DNA of 60,416 bases, filler included. It is 5 parts of 5 records of this genome, joined end to end, with 100 filler letters (N's around TTAATTAATTAA, not from the genome) between each part and the next. Parts side by side here need not be neighbours in the genome. Positions count along the whole stretch, not along the records: positions 33,212 to 49,386 come from DRR723986_4817; 4 more parts are not named here. One strand, 5' to 3'. Below, one piece after another: positions 38,768-48,644 of this stretch (positions are counted from its first letter, which is position 1; each line of letters begins with the position of its first letter). The position numbers were made by a program, and so were the translations under genes. Below the pieces are notes generated by a model. It did no database searches, was not told where the DNA came from, and saw only the letters and a program-made list of their open reading frames with translations.

Positions 38768-39331
38768 ATGACGGATGAGACCAGAACCGAGGCCGACGAC
38801 GCCTATGTCCCGGCTTTCTCGGAAGCGCCTTTCGGCGCAATGCTCGGCGGCACGGCCGCCATCATGTCATCGGTCGGTACACTTTCCATCGGCGCGCTCA
38901 TGATACTGATCGTCGCTGATGTGCTTGGTCGAAACTTCTTCAACGCGCCGATTACCGGCGTTGCGGAAATCGCTGCGCGCACCGTTGTTGCCATCGTCTT
39001 CCTGCAGGTTGCCGCTGCCATCCTGCAAAAGCGCCTGACCCGGGCCGATTTTCTCGTCCGGCGCCTTGAAAGCGTGTCGCCGAAAGGTGTCTGCCTGATC
39101 GAAGCCCTGTTCTCCCTCTGCGGCGTCGTCGTGTTCGGTCTCATTCTCTGGGCTTCCTGGCCGAAATTCGCCAGTGCCTGGGCGACGTCCGAATTTTTCG
39201 GCGTCCAGGGCGTCTTCACCATTCCGACCTGGCCCTTCCGGGGCATTACGGTCTTGGGCTCGGCGGTGGCCGTCCTGGCCGCGTTCTACCGCGCGCACAC
39301 AGAAATTCGCATGTTCCGGAGCTTTTCATGA
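38768..39331 (+). CDS. dctQ: TRAP transporter small permease
   Basis: DVLGRNFFNAPITGVAEI; four TM helices. Confidence 0.9.
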   Translation: MTDETRTEADDAYVPAFSEAPFGAMLGGTAAIMSSVGTLSIGALMILIVADVLGRNFFNAPITGVAEIAARTVVAIVFLQVAAAILQKRLTRADFLVRRLESVSPKGVCLIEALFSLCGVVVFGLILWASWPKFASAWATSEFFGVQGVFTIPTWPFRGITVLGSAVAVLAAFYRAHTEIRMFRSFS

Positions 39332-40656
39332 CGACGTTGACCATTGGCTTCCTGCTTGTCGGCGCGTTGATCGTTCTGGTTCTGCTCGGCATGCAAATAG
39401 CCTATGCGCTGTTCCTGGTGGCCTTTGCCGGGATATGGATCATCCGCAACAACATCGACCTTGCCTTCAGGATGCTGGAGCTGACCGTCTACAGCGGCAT
39501 TGCCGATTATCTGTTCGCGACCATTCCCCTCTTCGTCCTGATGGGGCTGCTGGTGAGCGTTTCCAACGTCGGGCGGGACACCTTCGAAGTTGCAGAGGAA
39601 CTGCTGCGCCGGGTCATCTGCGGTCTCGGGGTCGCGACTGTCGCGGCCAACACGATCTTCGCTGCGGTCACCGGCGTTTCCATCGCCTCGGCGGCGGTAT
39701 TCACGCGCGTCGCAGTCCCTGAAATGGAGCGTCACGGGTATCGCCCGGCCTTTGCTGCGGGCACGGTCGCGGGCTCGTCGGTACTCGGTATGCTGATCCC
39801 GCCGAGCTTGCTCCTCATTATTTACGGGGTTCTGGCAGAAGTCTCCATCGGTGGCATGTTCATCGCCGGCATCGTGCCGGGGCTGATGCTTGCCGGTGGC
39901 TTCGTAACAATGCTCGTTGCCGTCACCGTGCTGTTCCCGGGGTTCGTTCTCACCGATCCGGCTGCTGCGAAGGAGCGCCGTCGCGACAGCGCCATCGAAC
40001 CGATGCCGCTTGGCCGGATGATCGCCAAGCTGGTGCCGATCATCCTGCTCGTGGTTCTGGTGCTCGGCGGACTTTATTCGGGATATTTCACGCCAACAGA
40101 GGCTGGCGGTGTCGGCGCCTTCGGTGCGCTGCTGGTTGCGCTTTCACGCCGTTCCCTCAACCGCCATAACCTGTGGCGGGTGATGAAGCAGACCGGCGTG
40201 ATCTCGGTATCGATCCTGCTGCTGCTCGTCGCTGCCAGTTACTATTCGCGCATGTTGTCGATTGCCGGTCTTCCCAACGCCATCGCAAGCCTCGTCAACG
40301 AGACCGGGCTCGGCCCGATGGGATTCATGGTTCTGTGCTCGGCGCTCATTCTCGTCATGGGCATGATCCTCGACAGCACGTCGATCCTCCTGATCATGGT
40401 GCCGATCGCAGCGCCCATCGCGCAGCACATGGGTATAGACCTCAGCCAGTTCGGCATCGTCATCGTGATCGCCGTTGAAATCGGCCTCCTGACGCCGCCC
40501 TTCGGCATCTCGGTGTTCACGGTGCACAATACGCTCAACGATCCGGACGTTTCCGTCGAACAGATCTTCGCGGGCACGATGCCATTCATCGCGGTCATGC
40601 TGCTGGTTTTGCTGCTCGTTATTCTTCTGCCCGGCATTGCCACCTTGTTCTTGTGA
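39328..40656 (+). CDS. dctM: TRAP transporter large permease
   Basis: IPLFVLMG, LGMLIPPS, FTPTEAG, GLLTPPFG. Confidence 0.95.
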   Translation: MTTLTIGFLLVGALIVLVLLGMQIAYALFLVAFAGIWIIRNNIDLAFRMLELTVYSGIADYLFATIPLFVLMGLLVSVSNVGRDTFEVAEELLRRVICGLGVATVAANTIFAAVTGVSIASAAVFTRVAVPEMERHGYRPAFAAGTVAGSSVLGMLIPPSLLLIIYGVLAEVSIGGMFIAGIVPGLMLAGGFVTMLVAVTVLFPGFVLTDPAAAKERRRDSAIEPMPLGRMIAKLVPIILLVVLVLGGLYSGYFTPTEAGGVGAFGALLVALSRRSLNRHNLWRVMKQTGVISVSILLLLVAASYYSRMLSIAGLPNAIASLVNETGLGPMGFMVLCSALILVMGMILDSTSILLIMVPIAAPIAQHMGIDLSQFGIVIVIAVEIGLLTPPFGISVFTVHNTLNDPDVSVEQIFAGTMPFIAVMLLVLLLVILLPGIATLFL

Positions 40657-40807
40657 TGGAAAAAACAAGGCGAGGATCTTCCGTTTGTCCAGGCAACGCC
40701 TTCTTTCTCGGCCCTGAGACCGAACGACCTCGTTGGTGACAGCCTTTTTGACAAGACACATCTATGAGGCGGTGCAGCCTACCGGCTGGTGATCCTCCGG
40801 AGGATGG

Positions 40808-41707
40808 TCAAGACACGTCCTCTATTCTGCTTACGCCATGCGGGGCGCAAAGTTCGGCAAGTACCGTGTGGATACGCGCGATGATTTCAGCCCGCGGCGA
40901 TACGATCCGCTCAACGATGCCGATTTGCCTTGTCACTTGCGGATTGCCGAAAGGGAGTTTTGTCAGCCGCTGGTGATCCGGTTCCTGCAAGGCGACATGC
41001 GGTACAACGGAAACGCCCATGCCTTGCCGGACACATGTCACGATGGACCCGATCGTGTCGATCTCGGCAATGTCGTTGGTAGCGATCCCCATGCGAGAGA
41101 TCTCCGTGTCGATAAGGTTGGCAAGCGGCACGGCGCTGCGAAATCGAATGAACGGACAGGTGGCCAGCAGGTCGGCGGGGTCGGTGGATTTTGTGTCCTC
41201 CGGTGCGATCAGCCAGAGCGGCTCACGAAGGAAGGGGCTCCAGCGCAAGGCGGGCGGAATGCCGACATGCTCCGCAACCACTGCGGCATCGAGCCGTCCG
41301 GAAGCCACATCGGCAATCAGGGTTGAAGACAGCGAAACTCTCAGATTGGTTTTCAGATCGGGATACTGGTTTCGCATCTGGACAATGGCTCTCGGCAGCA
41401 GATTGAGTGCACTGGAACGAACAGAGCCCAGCATGAGGGTGCCGGCGAGCTTGTCTCCCCGCAGATTTGCCTTGGTATCGTCTTCGAGACGTAACATCTC
41501 CTGAGCCATTTCAAGGACTTGAAGTCCCTGCGAGGTCAACTTCGGAGGACGGGACGACCGTTCGAACAGGATGATGTTCAGTTCGACTTCCAGCGCCTGG
41601 ATCTGTTGACTGACTGCCGATGGCGTCAGGTTTACGATCTCCGCCGCCTTGGTGAAGGTGCCATGGGTTGCGATAGCGACCAGGGTCTTGAGTTGACGGG
41701 TGTCCAT
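40808..41707 (-). CDS. LysR family regulator
   Basis: FTKAAEIVNLTPSAVSQQIQALE...LFER; divergent from the dehydrogenase/aldolase/TTT operon. Confidence 0.95.
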   Translation of the reverse strand: MDTRQLKTLVAIATHGTFTKAAEIVNLTPSAVSQQIQALEVELNIILFERSSRPPKLTSQGLQVLEMAQEMLRLEDDTKANLRGDKLAGTLMLGSVRSSALNLLPRAIVQMRNQYPDLKTNLRVSLSSTLIADVASGRLDAAVVAEHVGIPPALRWSPFLREPLWLIAPEDTKSTDPADLLATCPFIRFRSAVPLANLIDTEISRMGIATNDIAEIDTIGSIVTCVRQGMGVSVVPHVALQEPDHQRLTKLPFGNPQVTRQIGIVERIVSPRAEIIARIHTVLAELCAPHGVSRIEDVS

Positions 41708-41886
41708 ACCTTCATCCAGTTTTTCTTAATATAAGAACCAGATTAATTCGCTTTTGTTAAGTCATTCTATCCGTTACCCAAGATGGCGGAGGAATTCAAC
41801 CGTGCAAGCTGGGAGGCGGACGCGGTCACTCATCCCCTATCAAAGAACAATCACTTTCCGCTTGCGGAGAGCAGAGAGACGTACGC

Positions 41887-42897
41887 ATGAGCAAGAAAAT
41901 CCTTGTGACCGGCCCCGACCTCGACCCAAGTGCTGTCGCGCTTGTGAAAGACCACGGATACGAAACCGTTCATACTCCGGCCTATGCAGACAGTGATGTG
42001 ATCTCCACGCTTCTGGTCGAGACCGGGGCGGAAGGGATCGTCTCGCGGATGGGCCGACTGGATGCCGACGTCCTTGAAAAGGCTCCAAAGCTGCGCGTCA
42101 TTTCAAAGCATGGTGTTGGCGTCGACAACATCGATCTCCAGGCAGCCGCATCCCGCGGCATTCCGGTACTTGTTGCAACGGGCGCGAATGCAGTTTCAGT
42201 CGCCGAACATGCGATTGCACTCATGCTTGCCACCGTGAAGCGCATCCTGCCGCTTGACGCAGGGCTTCGTGCCGGCCGCTGGGAAAAGGCAGGTTTTCTT
42301 GGCCGCGAGCTGGCAGGAAGCCGACTGGGCCTGTTGGGGATGGGGTCTATTGCACAGGCGACAGGCCGAATTGCCAAGGGCATTGGCCTGAACCTGATCG
42401 GCTACGATCCCTATGCCGACAACGACGTATTCGAAAGACTGGGCGTAAAACGCTGCAGCTCGCTCGAAGAGCTGCTGGAACAATCCGATGTCCTCAGCCT
42501 TCATTGTCCGCTGACCGATCAGACACGCCAGATCCTGAACGCCGAAGCCATCGCGCGCATGCCGGAAGGCAGCTACGTGATCAACACGGCACGTGGTGGG
42601 CTGATTGACGAAGACGCGCTGCTCGCTGCAATTCAATCAGGTCATCTTGCAGGCGCGGGACTTGACACCTTTGCCGTGGAACCACCCCAGGCGAACCATC
42701 CGTTCTTCAGTGAAAACCGCATCATTGTCACTCCGCATATCGGCGGCGTCACGCGCGAAGCCGGTGCACGTGTCGGAGTGGAGGCCGTGCGCGGCATCTT
42801 CCAGGTTCTGGATGGCCAGCCTGTCGCCCGCGAACGCATAGCAAATCGTGCACTTCTGGCCGACGCCTGTGCCATGTACGCCAAAGCAGGAGAATGA
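41887..42897 (+). CDS. D-isomer-specific 2-hydroxyacid dehydrogenase (SerA-like, no ACT domain)
   Basis: GVGVDNID, SVAEH, GMGSIA, INTARG, GLDTFAVEP, TPHIGG. Confidence 0.92.
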   Translation: MSKKILVTGPDLDPSAVALVKDHGYETVHTPAYADSDVISTLLVETGAEGIVSRMGRLDADVLEKAPKLRVISKHGVGVDNIDLQAAASRGIPVLVATGANAVSVAEHAIALMLATVKRILPLDAGLRAGRWEKAGFLGRELAGSRLGLLGMGSIAQATGRIAKGIGLNLIGYDPYADNDVFERLGVKRCSSLEELLEQSDVLSLHCPLTDQTRQILNAEAIARMPEGSYVINTARGGLIDEDALLAAIQSGHLAGAGLDTFAVEPPQANHPFFSENRIIVTPHIGGVTREAGARVGVEAVRGIFQVLDGQPVARERIANRALLADACAMYAKAGE

Positions 42898-43580
42898 ACA
42901 TGTCGGTTGGCTTTCGTATTTGCAGCCGAAAACAAGCTGCGCCGCTGGAACTCGTTGCTGAATTTGCCAAGCTTCCGGTTGCCAATGTCTCCGACTGCAT
43001 GGGACGCCTCGCAGCCGCCGGTCCGCGCCTGCGGCCGATGCATGCCTCCGGCGGCCTGGCCGGCGTGGCGCTGACCGTCAAGAGCCGTCCGGGTGACAAC
43101 CTGATGCTGCACAAGGCGATCGACCTGGCCAAACCCGGTGATGTGATCGTTGTCGATGCCGGTGGGGATCTTTCCAATGCCCTCATGGGTGAGCTGATGC
43201 TTGCCTACGCCGTCAAGCGAGGGGTTGCGGGCTTCGTCTTGAATGGCGCAATCCGCGATGTCGATGCCTTTCTCAAGACCAACCTGCCGACCTTCGCAGC
43301 GGGGGTAACCCATCGCGGCCCTTACAAGGACGGCCCGGGTGAAATCAATGTTCCGATCAGTCTGGACGGAATGGTGATCGAGCCAGGTGACATCGTGCTG
43401 GGCGATTCCGATGGCGTGCTCGCGGTTCCCCTGGATGGGGCCGAGAAAATTCTTCGTCAGACCCTGGCGAAACAGGATGCCGAAGAACGGCAGATGAAGG
43501 CAATCGCTGAAGGCAAGAACGATCGCAGCTGGGTGGACGCAGCCCTCAAGGAACGCGGTTGCGAATTTCCGGATTACTGA
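42894..43580 (+). CDS. RraA-like / HMG-CHA aldolase family protein
   Basis: VANVSD, PGDNLMLH, VVDAGG, ALMGEL, GAIRD, PGDIVLGDSDGV. Confidence 0.88.
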   Translation: MNMSVGFRICSRKQAAPLELVAEFAKLPVANVSDCMGRLAAAGPRLRPMHASGGLAGVALTVKSRPGDNLMLHKAIDLAKPGDVIVVDAGGDLSNALMGELMLAYAVKRGVAGFVLNGAIRDVDAFLKTNLPTFAAGVTHRGPYKDGPGEINVPISLDGMVIEPGDIVLGDSDGVLAVPLDGAEKILRQTLAKQDAEERQMKAIAEGKNDRSWVDAALKERGCEFPDY

Positions 43581-43606
43581 ACAGTCTCAACAAAGGGAGG
43601 AGACAA

Positions 43607-44560
43607 ATGCTTACTTACCTGAAGGCTTCTGCAATTGCAGGTGCGCTGGTTATGGTCGCTGGGGCTGCCATGGCCGACTATCCCGAAAAACCCATCGAGG
43701 TCATTGTCGGATATTCCGCGGGCGGCGGCACGGACGTTATGGCTCGCACCGCTGCACCGTTCATCGAAAAATATCTGGGCGAAGGGGCAAGCCTCGTCGT
43801 CAAGAACATGCCGGGTGCAAGTGGGCAGATCGGCATTACGGAAACGGCGAGATCTTCTCCGGATGGCTACACGCTCGGCACCTTCAACCTTCCGGGCATG
43901 ATGGCGCGCACGATTGATCGTGAAGCGGAATATGATGCCGACAGCTTCACCTATCTCGCCAATGTGGTGAACGATCCCAACGTGATCGTCACCTCCAAGG
44001 CGAGCGGTCTCGACACGCTCGACAAGCTGATCGCGGAAGCCAAGGCCAATCCCGGGGCCATCACCGTCGGGATGTCCAGCCTCGGAGGCGATGATCACTT
44101 CGCGCTGATCAAGCTTGAAGGCCTGACCGAAACCGAGTTCACCATCGTACCGTTCAAGGGCTCCGCCCCGGCGCGAACCGCACTCATGGGCGGACACGTG
44201 GCGATGGGGATCCTCAACATTTCCGAGGTGGCCGAGTTTCAGGAAGAACTGAATGTACTTGGCGTTGCGACGCCGGAGCGCTCTGACTTTGCGCCAGACC
44301 TGCCAACTTTCAAGGAGCAGGGGCTGGACCTGATAAACGGATCCATGCGGGGGTTCGTTGCGCCTGCCGGCCTGCCTGAGGATGTAGAGGCTAAGCTTCT
44401 TGCCGCATTCGAACAGCTTGCCTCTGATCCGGAGTTCCTCAAAGCCATGAAGGAAACCGCAAATCCGGTCGAGGTGGTAACCGGGGACGATTTCAAGGCA
44501 TTGACCGAGGATCTGCATACCCTTGCAAAGCAGGTCTGGGATACGACTCCCTGGAACTGA
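43607..44560 (+). CDS. tctC: Tripartite tricarboxylate transporter substrate-binding protein
   Basis: YPEKPIEVIVGYSAGGGTD, NMPGASG, PDGYTL, VPFKG; GGAGG RBS before ATG 43607. Confidence 0.92.
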   Translation: MLTYLKASAIAGALVMVAGAAMADYPEKPIEVIVGYSAGGGTDVMARTAAPFIEKYLGEGASLVVKNMPGASGQIGITETARSSPDGYTLGTFNLPGMMARTIDREAEYDADSFTYLANVVNDPNVIVTSKASGLDTLDKLIAEAKANPGAITVGMSSLGGDDHFALIKLEGLTETEFTIVPFKGSAPARTALMGGHVAMGILNISEVAEFQEELNVLGVATPERSDFAPDLPTFKEQGLDLINGSMRGFVAPAGLPEDVEAKLLAAFEQLASDPEFLKAMKETANPVEVVTGDDFKALTEDLHTLAKQVWDTTPWN

Positions 44561-44619
44561 TGCGCGTTGCGCGGGGCACGCCCCCGCGCGGCCTCTCTTA
44601 CTCAGATAAAGCCAGTGCC

Positions 44620-45081
44620 ATGTCCGACCATCGTACACACCGCCTTCTCCGGCCCGAGACACTGACCGCTCTTGGCATCGCCGCGGCCGCGTTTGCTTTT
44701 CTCTACCCGACCTCGACATTGAGGCCGATATCTGCCCTGCTGCCAGCCGTGATGCTGGTCGGGCTGATCATCCTCTCGCTACTGCTTCTGATCGCCGATC
44801 AACGCAAGGCGTCGGCTGGTGAAGAAACCGAGCCCATGAGCAAGTCACCCGGCCGGGTTGCAGGTGCCTTTCTGCTGATCCTTGGCTACGCATTGGCCAC
44901 CGACCTGATCGGCTTTTACCCGAGCACAGCCATAACCATTCCGCTCGTTGCCTGGCTCTTCGGCTATCGCAACCCACTTGGACTTGCAGTGGCAACCCTG
45001 GTCGTTGTCGGAGCCATCTGGCTGATCTTCGATTACGGAATGTCGCAAGACTTTCCGGCAGGACGCCTCTGGCAGGAGTGA
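44620..45081 (+). CDS. tctB: TTT small membrane subunit
   Basis: Four TM helices, IGFYPS; lies between tctC and tctA. Confidence 0.82.
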   Translation: MSDHRTHRLLRPETLTALGIAAAAFAFLYPTSTLRPISALLPAVMLVGLIILSLLLLIADQRKASAGEETEPMSKSPGRVAGAFLLILGYALATDLIGFYPSTAITIPLVAWLFGYRNPLGLAVATLVVVGAIWLIFDYGMSQDFPAGRLWQE

Positions 45082-45086
45082 TCTCA

Positions 45087-46595
45087 ATGTACTCCGATCT
45101 TCTCAGCGCACTTCCCGAAGTTTTCGGGCTGGCCAACTTTGCCGCTGTCGTCATCGGCGTGATTGCGGGCATCGTTGTCGGTGCAATGCCCGGCCTGAGC
45201 GCCACAATGGCCATCTCCGTGCTTGTGCCATTCACGTTCGGTCTCGAACCTCTGGTCGCGCTCGGTCTGATGGCCGGCATCTACAACGGTGCAATGTATG
45301 GCGGTGCCATCCCCGCAGTTCTTCTGCGCATTCCCGGCACCCCGGCAGCCGTTGCCACAACGTTCGACGGTTATCCGATGGCGCAAAAGGGCGAGGGCGG
45401 ATTTGCGCTGCAAGTGGCCGTCGTCTCATCTTCGATCGGCGGCATCGCAAGTGCCTTTGCCCTGATGCTGCTCGCGCCTCCGCTCTCCAAGGTCACGCTC
45501 CTGTTTGGCCCTTCGGAAGTGTTCTGGGTTGCCGTGTTCGGCCTTGCCAGCATCATCTTCCTGCTGGGAGGCAACCCGGTAAAAGGGCTGATCAGCGCCT
45601 GTTTTGGTGTCTTCGTCTCAGTGGTGGGTTCGGACCCGATCTATGGAAATGATCGCTACACTTTCGGACAGCTGGAGCTTCTGGACGGCGTCAATATCGT
45701 CATTCTGCTCGTCGGCCTCTACGCGCTGCCTCCGGTCATCGATCTGCTCGAAACGCCTTTGAAAACGGACGGCGTCAACAGTTCCAAACTGGGAACGGAG
45801 CCGATCTGGCGTGCTCTGCCTCGCATGTACCGCTTCTGGAAGACATGGATCCGTTCATCAATCATCGGGATCTGGATCGGAATTCTTCCGGGAGCCGGCG
45901 GTTCGATGGCTGCTTTCATGTCCTATAACGAAGCTCGCCGGGCCTCGAAAACACCGGATACCTGGGGCAATGGTGAACCCGAAGGCGTTGCGGCCGCGGA
46001 AACAGCAAACAATGCCGACACCGCTTCCGCGCTCATCCCGGCCCTGACACTTGGCATCCCGGGAACTGCTGTCGCTGCGGTCATGCTGGGTGGGTTGCTG
46101 GTGCATGGTCTGCAGCCGGGGCCCATGCTGTTCCGGGACAATCCGGACGTGGTATTCGGCTTCATGTGGCAGTTCCTGTTCGGCGCGATCCTTCTGGTGC
46201 TGCTTGGCGGGGCTCTGGCAACGAACAGTTTTGCGCGCCTTTTGAATCTCCCGCGTCCTCTTCTGGGGTCGGTCATTATCGTCTTGATGCTGATCGGGGT
46301 CTATTCGATCCACGGACGGATGTTCGATGTCTATCTGATGCTCGGCTTCGGTGCGATCGGCTGGGTAATGGACAAGCTCAAGTTCCCGCTGCCACCGGTT
46401 GTCCTGGGTCTAATCCTGGGTGGGTTTGCCGAGGAAAACCTTCGTCTTGCCTTGCGGATCGGACGCGGCGACTGGCTGGTCCTGTTCTCGAACACGACCA
46501 GCCTGGTTCTGGTCGCCCTGACGGTCGCGGTTGTCGTCGGGCCGATGATCAAGCGTCGGTTTCAGGCCGCCAAAAGGGAAGAGGCTACCAGCTGA
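45087..46595 (+). CDS. tctA: TTT large membrane subunit
   Basis: GAMPGL, YGGAIPAVLLRIPGTP, GILPGAGG, AAETANNA, LTLGIPG. Alternative GTG start at 45078. Confidence 0.95.
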   Translation: MYSDLLSALPEVFGLANFAAVVIGVIAGIVVGAMPGLSATMAISVLVPFTFGLEPLVALGLMAGIYNGAMYGGAIPAVLLRIPGTPAAVATTFDGYPMAQKGEGGFALQVAVVSSSIGGIASAFALMLLAPPLSKVTLLFGPSEVFWVAVFGLASIIFLLGGNPVKGLISACFGVFVSVVGSDPIYGNDRYTFGQLELLDGVNIVILLVGLYALPPVIDLLETPLKTDGVNSSKLGTEPIWRALPRMYRFWKTWIRSSIIGIWIGILPGAGGSMAAFMSYNEARRASKTPDTWGNGEPEGVAAAETANNADTASALIPALTLGIPGTAVAAVMLGGLLVHGLQPGPMLFRDNPDVVFGFMWQFLFGAILLVLLGGALATNSFARLLNLPRPLLGSVIIVLMLIGVYSIHGRMFDVYLMLGFGAIGWVMDKLKFPLPPVVLGLILGGFAEENLRLALRIGRGDWLVLFSNTTSLVLVALTVAVVVGPMIKRRFQAAKREEATS

Positions 46596-46786
46596 CAAGA
46601 CCTTGAGTGTTTGACGGGAAACTTGCCTGAAAATTCAGAACCCCGGTGCAGAGCGATGAGTTCGCATCGGGGTTTTCTGCCGGTTCCATTCCTTTCCGTG
46701 AAATCCGTGTGCTGTGGTTTTTCGGGGATCCGCCGCAGTACCTTTCGGAGGACTGGCGGAGCCGCAACATGGATAGGTTTCGACCG

Positions 46787-47689
46787 TTATTCGTAGCTCA
46801 GTGCATCCTTTGGAAAACAGCGGGCAAGATGGTCGATGAATGATCGGACAGCTGGCGGCAGCCCGCGCCGCGTCGTGAAGACCAGATGCACGATCCCTTT
46901 CTGACTTCGCCATTGCGGGAGGACACGCACAAGATCCCCGGTAGCCAGTTCCGCGCTGCAGACGTGGTCGGGCAATAGCGCTACACCGAGACCCTTCTTC
47001 ACGGCCGTTCGGGTTGCCGAAAAATCCGCGCAGCCCATCCTGGCCTGCTTTCGAAACGCGCGGGTTTCGCCCATGTCGGTTTCGATGTTCCATTCGATTT
47101 CATCCGCGCTATCGCTCGTCGATAGCAATGGAACTTTGTCCAGGTCATCGACCTCATGAACGGTCTGCGCCAGGCCTGAATTTGCAACCAGAATTCTGTT
47201 TGAGGTACCGATCGTACGCATTGTCAGCGATGCATCGCTGGTCAACGCCGTGCGCACACGCAAGGCGAGGTCAATGCGTTCCGAGATCAGGTCCAGCGCC
47301 CGATCGGCAGCTACGAGCTGCAGCCGTACCTTAGTGTGACGAGACAGGAACTCGCTTATCAGCGGGGCAACAACCTCAACGAGGCCGGTTGGGCATCCGA
47401 AGCGGATCAGCCCGTGCGGTTCAGCCCTGGATTCCGCAACCAGGGCATGGGCGTGTTCAGCTTCCGACTGCATACTGCGGCACCGCTCATAGAATTGCTC
47501 CCCGATGTCGGTGACCCGAAACCGACGGCTTGATCTTTCGATCAGTCTTACGCCCAGACGCTCTTCCAGAGCCGCTATTCGCCGGCTGAGCTTTGACTTG
47601 GGAACGCCGATCGCCCGGCCAGCCGGCGCAAATCCGCGATGCGCCACCACCTCGGCGAAATAAGCCAGGTCATTCAGGTCTTGCTGCAT
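46787..47689 (-). CDS. LysR family regulator (CrgA-like)
   Basis: DLNDLAYF, GFAPAGRAIGVPKSKLSRRIAALEERLGVRL. Confidence 0.95.
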   Translation of the reverse strand: MQQDLNDLAYFAEVVAHRGFAPAGRAIGVPKSKLSRRIAALEERLGVRLIERSSRRFRVTDIGEQFYERCRSMQSEAEHAHALVAESRAEPHGLIRFGCPTGLVEVVAPLISEFLSRHTKVRLQLVAADRALDLISERIDLALRVRTALTSDASLTMRTIGTSNRILVANSGLAQTVHEVDDLDKVPLLSTSDSADEIEWNIETDMGETRAFRKQARMGCADFSATRTAVKKGLGVALLPDHVCSAELATGDLVRVLPQWRSQKGIVHLVFTTRRGLPPAVRSFIDHLARCFPKDALSYE

Positions 47690-47800
47690 CTATCGTTCTT
47701 TCTGTGGAACGCTAAGTGTTGAAATTGCCCACTACAGAAACGATCGTTCCATTTGCATCTTCATGTCAACGGCAATCGTGCCGTCAGACAGGAGAATGAA

Positions 47801-48553
47801 ATGACACAGAACTTCGAGAACAAGGTTGTGGTTGTCACCGGCGGGACCAGTGGCATCGGTCTCGCGACGGCAAAAGCATTCGCATCTGCGGGGGCATCCG
47901 TCTTCATCACCGGTCGCCGCCAGGCAACTCTTGACGAAGCCGTCAAGTCCATTGGCGGGCGAACGACCGGCGTGCAGGGAGACATGTCCGTGCTTGCAGA
48001 TATCGACCGGCTGTACGACGCGGTCCAGCAGCAGCACAGCCAGATTGATGTACTCTTCGCCAATGCCGGTGGAGGTGAATTTGCCCCGCTCGGCGAGATC
48101 AGCGAAGAGCACTATCAAAAGACATTCGATACCAATGTGAAAGGTGTTCTTTTCACCGTGCAAAAGGCGCTGCCGCTGCTGCGGGACGGAGCCTCGATCA
48201 TCCTGACGTCTTCGACCACGGGTACGGCAGGGACACCGAACTTCAGTGTCTATTCGGCAACCAAGGCGGCAGTGCGCAATTTCGCCCGAAGCTGGATCCT
48301 CGATCTGAAGGACCGCAATATCCGGGTGAACGTTATCAGCCCCGGGCTGACCGAGACCGCCGGGCTCAACGATCTCTTCGGTGGCGGTGAGCAGGCCGAA
48401 GGTGTCAAGAACCACATCCTCGGCAATATTCCCTCGGGCCGGATCGGCCGGCCGGAAGACATCAGCAACGCAGTGCTCTTTCTCGCTTCAGAGGCATCGA
48501 GTTTCGTCAACGGCATCGAGCTGTTCGTCGATGGCGGCATGAACCAGATTTAA
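47801..48553 (+). CDS. Short-chain dehydrogenase/reductase
   Basis: TGGTSGIG, NAG, YSATK, IRVNVISPG. Confidence 0.95.
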   Translation: MTQNFENKVVVVTGGTSGIGLATAKAFASAGASVFITGRRQATLDEAVKSIGGRTTGVQGDMSVLADIDRLYDAVQQQHSQIDVLFANAGGGEFAPLGEISEEHYQKTFDTNVKGVLFTVQKALPLLRDGASIILTSSTTGTAGTPNFSVYSATKAAVRNFARSWILDLKDRNIRVNVISPGLTETAGLNDLFGGGEQAEGVKNHILGNIPSGRIGRPEDISNAVLFLASEASSFVNGIELFVDGGMNQI

Positions 48554-48644
48554 GTCCGCGGTTGACCAGGCGGTCCGAGCCGACAACCGGTTTGGCCGTC
48601 TGGCCCACGCGCTCACTTCAATACGCTCTCAAGGAGTCTCTTCG

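Noticed and set aside
16503-43580. Two RraA-family genes, or the two F420-related family genes, as a linked system
   Set aside because: They are on different contigs separated by linkers and probably from different organisms.
46754-46761. TGGCGGAG as an att repeat of the tRNA-Ser 3' end
   Set aside because: Only 8 bp, part of a local hairpin, and the same octamer also occurs at 41784; consistent with chance.
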